A DNA stretch of 56,884 bases, counting the filler, from Sphacelaria rigidula (lineage: Eukaryota): NCBI GenBank assembly GCA_964200075.2. It is 4 parts of 4 records of this genome, joined end to end, with 100 filler letters (N's around TTAATTAATTAA, not from the genome) between each part and the next. Parts side by side here need not be neighbours in the genome. Positions count along the whole stretch, not along the records: positions 42,741 to 56,884 come from CAXNAA020002431.1; 3 more parts are not named here. The stretch is one strand, 5' to 3'. Below the pieces are notes generated by a model that was given only the letters and a program-made list of their open reading frames with translations, was not told the DNA's origin and did no database searches. A program made the translations under genes and the position numbers. Every line of letters starts with the position of its first letter. Position 1 is the stretch's first letter. This document shows positions 50,179 through 56,884 of the stretch, piece by piece.

Positions 50179-51599
50179 GTTTCTCGAGGAGAAAACCTGT
50201 TTTGTCACCTAAATTGGGCTGGGCACCGGTAAGAGACACAGCACGTTTTCGAGCAGAAATCGCCAGGTGAAGTGTAACTTTCTCCGCGACCAAGAAGACC
50301 ATACTACTGTAACTCCGGCAAAAGTTGCGTATGGGTGTTTGGAGACGATAGCAAAAAAAAAGGAGGGCAAAAAGCGCAAACTGACGGCGGTGGGTGACCT
50401 CGTAGGTCGACCACTCAGGCGCCGTTGACCCACTGCTGTACCAGGCGAATATGTATGTTTGTTCAATTTTTGAAGATCAGGTCACGTATCCTTTCAAAAC
50501 TCCGATTGAACCCGGTTTCTATGACACATACCAAGCAAAGTTTTACAACACAAGCGCCGTTGCACGCCCTGGGTGCTCCCTACGGGAGCAGCAAAGAGGC
50601 GTATGTAGGGGGTATGGTATCTAACGTAGATTTTAGCAGGCGGACAGGCGGCAACTGCAGCAGTGCTTGGCTGAATTTGGGCACAATCCTCAAGCACGGA
50701 CCACTAGAACAAGTGGATAGACGCAACCAAGGTATATGAGGGCGCTGCGTGCCTGCTGAGGACACCGCATGCCTCCACCGCGTGCCTCCCGTGGTGAGCA
50801 AAGTAAACGGCTGCTGCTGTGTGGTGCAAGGCGGCATAACTGCTGAATGGAAATTTCACAAACCACAGGCACACCTTTTCCCCTGCGGCGTGCTCGACCG
50901 CCAAGCTCCCAGTGTCCACGCCCACTGAGCCGCGTCAAAGCGCGATATCTCATCTAAATCAGCTGCCCACACACTACATCCTTCCCTCCTTCGTCTCTCC
51001 TCTCCCGGGTACAGGGGGAGGAGCGGAGGTAAGGCCAACACAAACGAGCGAAATGCCTGAGCGCAGCAGGTCGTACGAAACCGATCAAACCCTCTCACCG
51101 CTTGTAGAAGCCCTCTTCACCCGCGAAATCCTGAGCGCCCACTAGCAGAGGCCTCCACAGCCCTCTCCGATTGTCTTTGTTCTCGCCCTTGCCCTCCTTC
51201 CCCTCCAACTCGGCGTGGTTGTGTGACAACGCCGCGGTGGTAGTCACGGTGCCCCCTAGAAACTACCCCCCCCCGTGACACGTTGACATCCGCTACAAAA
51301 GGTGACAATAGGTGACAACGGGTCCGCTTGTGCCCCCTATACCTAGACACGATGCCGCGTCGAGACGCAGAGGCTGAGGGGCAGGTGTGTCATTCGAGGA
51401 GTGGACGAAACTCCCGGACGTTGTTGTAGCGTGAGTTTGTGGGTGTTGAGTTGAGTTGAGACCTGGTGTGGGCGTTTTTTTGTGCGGGTCTATTTGTAAT
51501 ATATTGTGTTATTTTTTTATTCTTCTTCCGGGTGGGAGCATTTTTCTCGCGAGACGCTGTCTCACGGTTACTTCCAAACATTTTCGGCACGGAAAACAA

Positions 51600-53330
51600 A
51601 ATGACTCCCACCGGTACTCCGCCTACCATTGAAGTGACTCCTCCGCCGACTCTGCCTGCCACTTCAGTTTTTTTCAACTAAAAAACAGAGACTCCTCCAC
51701 CGACTCTGCCAGCCGATTCAGGTTTTTTCCAACTAAAAAACAGTGACTCCTCCGCCGACACTGCCAGCCACTGCAGAATTTTTCAACTAAAAAACAGTGA
51801 CCCCTCCACCGTCTCCTCTGCCGGCCACTTCAGTTTTTTTACCACGAGAAAAAGTGACTCCTCCGCCGACTCCTCTGCCGACACTTTTTTGGCCACTTCA
51901 GTTTTTTCTTCCACGAAAAAAGGTGACTCCTCCGCCGACTCTTCCGGCCATTTCAGTTTTTCTTCCACGAAAAAAAGTGACTCCTCCGCCAACTCTGCCG
52001 GCCACTTCAGTATTTTTCATCTCAAAAAAGTGACTCCTCCGCAGACTCTGTCGGCCACTTGCAACTTTTTTCCACGAAAAAAAGGGACTCCTTCGCAGAC
52101 TCTTTCGCCGACTCTTCCGGCCACTTCAGGTTTTTTTTCCACGAAAAAAAGGGACTCCTCCGCCGACTCCTCTGCCGACACTTTTTTGGCCACTTCAGTT
52201 TTTATTTCACGAGAAAAGGTGACTCCTCTGCCGACTCCTCTGCCGACACTTTTTTGGCCTCTTCAGTTTTTTCTTCCACGAAAAAAGGTGACTCTTCCGC
52301 CGACTCTTCCGGCCACTTCAGTTTTTCTTCCATGAAAAAAAGTGACTCCTCCGCCAACTCTGCCGGCCACTTCAGTATTTTTCATCTCAAAAAAGGTGAC
52401 TCCTCCGCCAACTCTGCCGGCCACTTCAGTATTTTTCATCTCAAAAAAGGTGACTCCTCCGCAGACTCTGTCGGCCACTTGCAATTTTTTTCCACGAAAA
52501 AAGTGACTCCTCCGCCAACTCTGCCGGCCACTTCAGTATTTTTCATCTCAAAAAAGTGACTCCTCCGCAGACTCTGTCGGCCACTTGCAATTTTTTTCCA
52601 CGAAAAAAAGTGACTCCTTCGTAGACTCTTCCGCCGACTCTTCCGGCCACTTCAGTTTTTTTTCCACGAAAAAAAGGGACTCCTTCGCCAACTCTGCCGG
52701 CCACTTCAGTTTTTCTTCCACGAAAAAAGTGACTCTTCCGCCGACTCTTCCGGCCACTTGCAATTTTCTTCCACGAAAAAAAGCGACTCCTTCGCCAACT
52801 CCGCCGGCCACTTCAGTTTTTTTTCCACGAAAAAAAGTGACTCCTCCGCCGACTCTTCCGGCCACTTCAGTTTTTCTTCCACGAAAAAAAGGGACTCCTT
52901 CGCCAACTCTGCCGGCCACTTCAGTTTTTCTTCCACGAAAAAAGTGACTCTTCCGCCGACTCCTCTGCCGACTCTTCCGGCCACTTGCAATTTTCTTCCA
53001 CGAAAAAAAGTGACTCCTCCGCCGACTCCTCTGCCGGCCACTTCAGTTTTTTCCCACGAGAAAAAGTGACTCCTCCGCCGACTCCTCTGCCGACACTTTT
53101 TGGCCACTTCAGTTTTTTTTCCACGAAAAAAGGTGACTCCTCTGCCGACTCTGCCGGCCACTTCAATTATTTTTCCACAAAAAAGTGACTCCTCCGCAGA
53201 CTCTGCCGGCCACTTCAGTTTTTTTTCCACGAGAAAAAGTGACTCCTGCGCAGACTCCTCCGCCGACTCTGCCAGCCACCAAAACAAAGTGACTTCTCCG
53301 CCGACTCTGCCAGCCACTTCAGTTTTTCCA
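51600..53330 (+). repeat. Tandem array A, ~46-58-bp units (roughly 35 copies)
   Basis: Consensus AAAAAGTGACTCCTCCGCCGACTCTGCCGGCCACTTCAGTTTTTTCCACG; units vary by gain or loss of a 12-bp subunit. Confidence 0.95.
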
Positions 53331-54130
53331 CTAGATCCAGGCGTGTCTAGTGTTCGTTGCAACCATCAGGCGCCGCGGGGGAAGTTATCGCGTTGACCTC
53401 GCTGTTGACCTCTCCATCGACACCCAACCCAGTTTTTCCTTCCCCTACCTTCCGGGTGGAACCACTCGAACCCGCGGTTGGAGCCACTGGCGAAGTCACT
53501 GGCGAGCTCAAGTCGTTGAGAGCGTAGTCGCACAATAACACGTGTTTTGACGAAAAACGACAGCATGTTTTGGCATGCTTTTGGGATGGGCCAAAAACAA
53601 TTTCCAGCCTTGGACGATTCCCGAAATTGAAATTTCAAAAAGTTTTTGGTCTTGGCAAAATCAGATCCCGCGCGCGGACGTTTGAGTCAAATTTTCGCCC
53701 CCGAAAGAGCTGACAGCAGCGGGCTTTGCACGGACTGAATGTGGCTCAGAAAATCTGACGTGAGAAAAAGTCTCGACTTGATCAAGTCGAGACTTTTCAA
53801 AACCCGTGTTGTGTGCACGTGATTCGTACGTACAGCTCTAGGCAAGACGATCCATATGTCACGTGTTGCTTGACGGCTATTTTCTGAAAGATATTTCAAG
53901 TCGAGACTTTTTCATTAAGTGACTGGTGAGAGGACCTGTTATCTGGGCAAATGTAGCTGTAATGTCGGAATCAGGGTTTGCTCCACCGTTTTATTTTCAA
54001 GTCGAGGCTTTTCGTGAATAGATCAGGATTGCACTTCGTTGTGTAGTAGGTTACCGGGGAATTCTGTTCCGCTCTTGGGCTCTCGGGCTGCTTCGGTTCC
54101 CTACCAGAGACGTCTTCCGAGTCACCAGAG

Positions 54131-54490
54131 AAGCCCCCCAAATATTTTCTCTTTGGGGCTCCACCTGTGCAACCCGGAGGCAAGCTCGGCATCGAAGCCC
54201 CCCGAACAATTTATGGCATTTTTGGTGTTTTCTCTTTGGGGCTCCACCTGGGCAACCCGGAGGCAAGCTCGGCATCGAAGCCCCCCGAACAATTTATGGC
54301 ATTTTTGGTGTTTTCTCTTTGGGGCTCCACCTGGGCAATCCGGAGTCAAGCTCGGCATCAAGCCCCCTGAATATTTTATGGCATTTTTTTGGTGTTTCGT
54401 CTTTGGGGCTCCACCTGTGCAATCCGGTCCGGCACTCGGCATCGAAGCCCCCTGAATATTTTATGGCATTTTTTTGGTGTTTTGTCTTTG
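54131..54490 (+). repeat. Tandem array B, 83-84-bp unit (about 4 copies)
   Basis: GGGGCTCCACCTG starts at 54155, 54238, 54321 and 54405. Confidence 0.95.
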
Positions 54491-54519
54491 GCGGAACAGA
54501 GTAGGAGTCTTTTCGCCAA

Positions 54520-54870
54520 AAATGGTAGGCGAAGTCACGGTAGGAGTCATCCAACGGTAGGCGGAGTCACAATACTACATTTGGCAGAGTCACGGTGAGA
54601 TTGACGGTAGGAGTCACGGTAGAAGTGACGGTAAGAGTCACGGTCGAGGTCACTTTTCTTCCGATAGGAGTCACGGTCAGAGTCCCGGTAGGAGTCCCGG
54701 TAGGAGTCATTTTTCTTCCCGTGCCGAAAATGATAAATGATGGGCGATAGGAGTCACGGTAGGAGTCACGGTAGGAGTCACGGTAGGAGTCACGGTAGGA
54801 GTCCCGGTCGGAGTCCCGGTCGGAGTCCCGGTCGGAGTCATTTTCATGGTAGGCGGGTAGGAGTTATTTC
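54520..54870 (+). repeat. 12-bp tandem repeat (GGTAGGAGTCAC)n
   Basis: Runs at ~54530-54710 and 54748-54840; reverse complement GTGACTCCTACC matches the array A core. Confidence 0.92.
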
Positions 54871-55091
54871 AATGGAAGGCGAATGGGTGTTGGTTTTGGT
54901 TCGGTGCATGTCTCTAGGTCGGCGCCAAGCCTAACTGTCTAGTTAAATCCACAAGCTTCTTGACCCTCACAGCAGACAAAAACGCTTCATCTATGGTTGA
55001 ACCGTCACAATGTCGGTTCAAAAGCTACCAGCCGGCTAAACACCCTCATCACCCGTGATCTAACCGACAAAAGCTCCCATTTTCTGAGTGA

Positions 55092-55346
55092 TCAGCCCGT
55101 TGCCATCGTCTCAAGTCGGGCGTTTATCTGAGCGTGCTGAGCGTTAATCTTGTCGTGCTGGGCGTATAGCTGAGCGTTCACACTCTCTTCAAAATATACG
55201 AGCTGCTTTTTGAGGAGGTAGAACGACTTGCTCCTGATCGCGAACATGACAAAACCTCCTCCTATTACAACGAGAGCAAAGAAAATATTCATCGCCGCCG
55301 TCTCTCCCACGTAGTGCATGAGACGCATACACTGCGTAGAACACAA
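55092..55346 (-). CDS. Small transmembrane plus coiled-coil protein (possibly frameshifted 5' end)
   Basis: MNIFFALVVIGGGFVMFAI hydrophobic helix followed by heptad-like VNAQLYAQHDKINAQHAQINARLE. Confidence 0.4.
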   Translation of the reverse strand: MCSTQCMRLMHYVGETAAMNIFFALVVIGGGFVMFAIRSKSFYLLKKQLVYFEESVNAQLYAQHDKINAQHAQINARLETMATG

Positions 55347-55524
55347 GCGTTATTTTGAACCAAAATTCTACATCACACCAGCTGCTGGCCTCGCCCATGA
55401 TCCAAGCTCTCCCGTCGCCAAAAATGAGCTCCTGAGCTTCAGGTACCCATGTATGATTGGTCCCATCTCTTGATTGCCAGCAACAGATAGCAGGTGCTGG
55501 CGCCTGTCGACCACGGGTGGATCT

Positions 55525-55526
<2 letters not shown>

Positions 55527-55567
<41 letters not shown>
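55527..55567 (+). repeat. (GA)n microsatellite
   Basis: About 20 GA units. Confidence 0.95.
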
Positions 55568-55569
<2 letters not shown>

Positions 55570-56009
55570 TGGTAGGCGATACCTTGTCAAGAAATATTGG
55601 TGGCTGGTCGGGGGCAGGCTCCAGTGGGAAAGCAACGGCAAAGAGCATCTATATCGACCATTCCGGCGGGATCTCTGACAGTCCGTTGGCGTAGATGTCG
55701 AATCCGTGCGAATGCTCCACCGGTCCTGAGCACCTCAGCAACTGCAACAGGGGTGAGCTTTCCTGCTCTTGACTCTAAGCTAAACCGCAAAAAACGGATT
55801 TTGGTACGGCGGAGTACACTTGGTGGGTGGAGTGAGGTTGGAAGCCACGCTTGGCCTCCGCTGTCATTTTGTTTTCTCAAACAAACCGGTCGTTCCAACC
55901 GGGAAACCGGACCTGGACGGGTTCAATACTGTTTTCAGTATGTTTTTTCGTGTCGATATGGCCATTTTTTCTCATCGACGAATTTTCGGAAAAAAATGTC
56001 ACACAACAA

Positions 56010-56884
56010 ATATGGTCCAACCCGTGGTGGGAGTCACCAGCAAAGTCACTGTCTTGGAAAAAAATGGTCCAACCCGGAAAAAAAAATAGTCACAACGTGG
56101 TGGGAGTCACCGGCAAAGTCACTGTCTTGGGGGGGGGAATGGTCACAACGTGGTGGGAGTCACCAGCGAAGTCACCGTCTTGGAAAAAATGGTCCAACCC
56201 GTGGTGGGAGTCACCAGCGAAGTCACTTGGAGAAAAAGTGATCCAAACTGTGGTGGGAGTTACCGGCGAAGTTACTTGTCTTGGAAAAAAAATGGTCCAA
56301 CCCGTGGTGGGAGTCACCAGCGAAGTCACTAGTCTTGGGGGAAAAAATGGTCTAACCCGGGGTGGGAGTCGCCAGCGAAGTCAGTTGTCGTGGAAAAAAA
56401 AAGGTGCAACCCGTGATGGGAGTCACCAGCGAAGTCAGTTGTCGTGGAAAAAAAAAAGGTGCAACCCGTGATGAGAGTCACTAGCGAAGTCACCGTCTTG
56501 GTAAAGAATGGTCGAAACCGTGGTGGGAGTCACCAGCAAAGTCACTTGTCTTGGGAGAAAAATGGTCCAACCCGTGGTGGGAGTCACCGGCAAAGTTACT
56601 TGTGTTGGAAAAAAAAGTCCAACCCGTGGTGGGAGTCACCAGCGAAGCCACTGTCTTGGGAAAAAAAATGGTCCAACCCGTGGTGGGAGTCACCGGCGAA
56701 GTTACTTGTTTTGGAGAAAAAAATGGTTCAACCCGTGGTGGGAGTCACCAGCGAAGTCACGGTCTCGGAAAAAAAATGGCCCAACCCGTGGTGGGAGGCA
56801 CCGGCAAAGTTTCTGGTGTTGGAAAAAAAAAGGGCCAACCCGGGGGGGAAGGCACCAGCGAAGCCACTGGGTTGGGAAGAAAAA
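56010..56884 (+). repeat. Tandem array C, ~52-55-bp units (about 16 copies, runs off contig end)
   Basis: Consensus AAAAAATGGTCCAACCCGTGGTGGGAGTCACCAGCGAAGTCACTGTCTTGG. Confidence 0.95.

Noticed and set aside
51783-53396. Many ORFs over array A (and over arrays B and C)
   Set aside because: Products of repeat translation; unit lengths vary by non-triplet homopolymer indels.
51600-56884. CRISPR-like interpretation of the arrays
   Set aside because: Units are contiguous tandem copies without unique spacers; no cas genes; eukaryotic context.

Overview
Eukaryotic, intron- and repeat-rich DNA, most consistent with a brown alga (Phaeophyceae). That assignment is inferred from CTG-rich acceptors, tRNA-derived SINEs and an EsV-1-7-like motif. 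The window is not one locus. It holds four contigs (1-14148, 14249-28395, 28496-42640, 42741-56884; lengths 14148/14147/14145/14144) joined by artificial 100-nt N44-TTAATTAATTAA-N44 linkers, so adjacency across linkers means nothing. Contig 1 has a decayed Mutator/FAR1-type transposase with co-oriented upstream genes (acidic 37-aa repeat, OTU-like protease), a MITE, a SINE and two exons of an acidic host gene. Contig 2 has four phase-compatible exons of a PUB+UBX (p97/CDC48 cofactor) gene with TE-filled introns. Contig 3 has two exons of a PRXL2/FAM213-like redoxin among repeats and a pogo-type fragment. Contig 4 is the most unusual: a decayed, virus-like gene cluster (tandem Bro-N/KilA-N-like protein, OTU-like protease, EsV-1-7-like motif, C2H2 finger with a possible nuclease start, GC hairpin with iterated motif), followed by about 5 kb of oppositely oriented arrays built on a shared 12-bp GACTC-type monomer. 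All protein calls come from reading motifs by eye; no searches were run.
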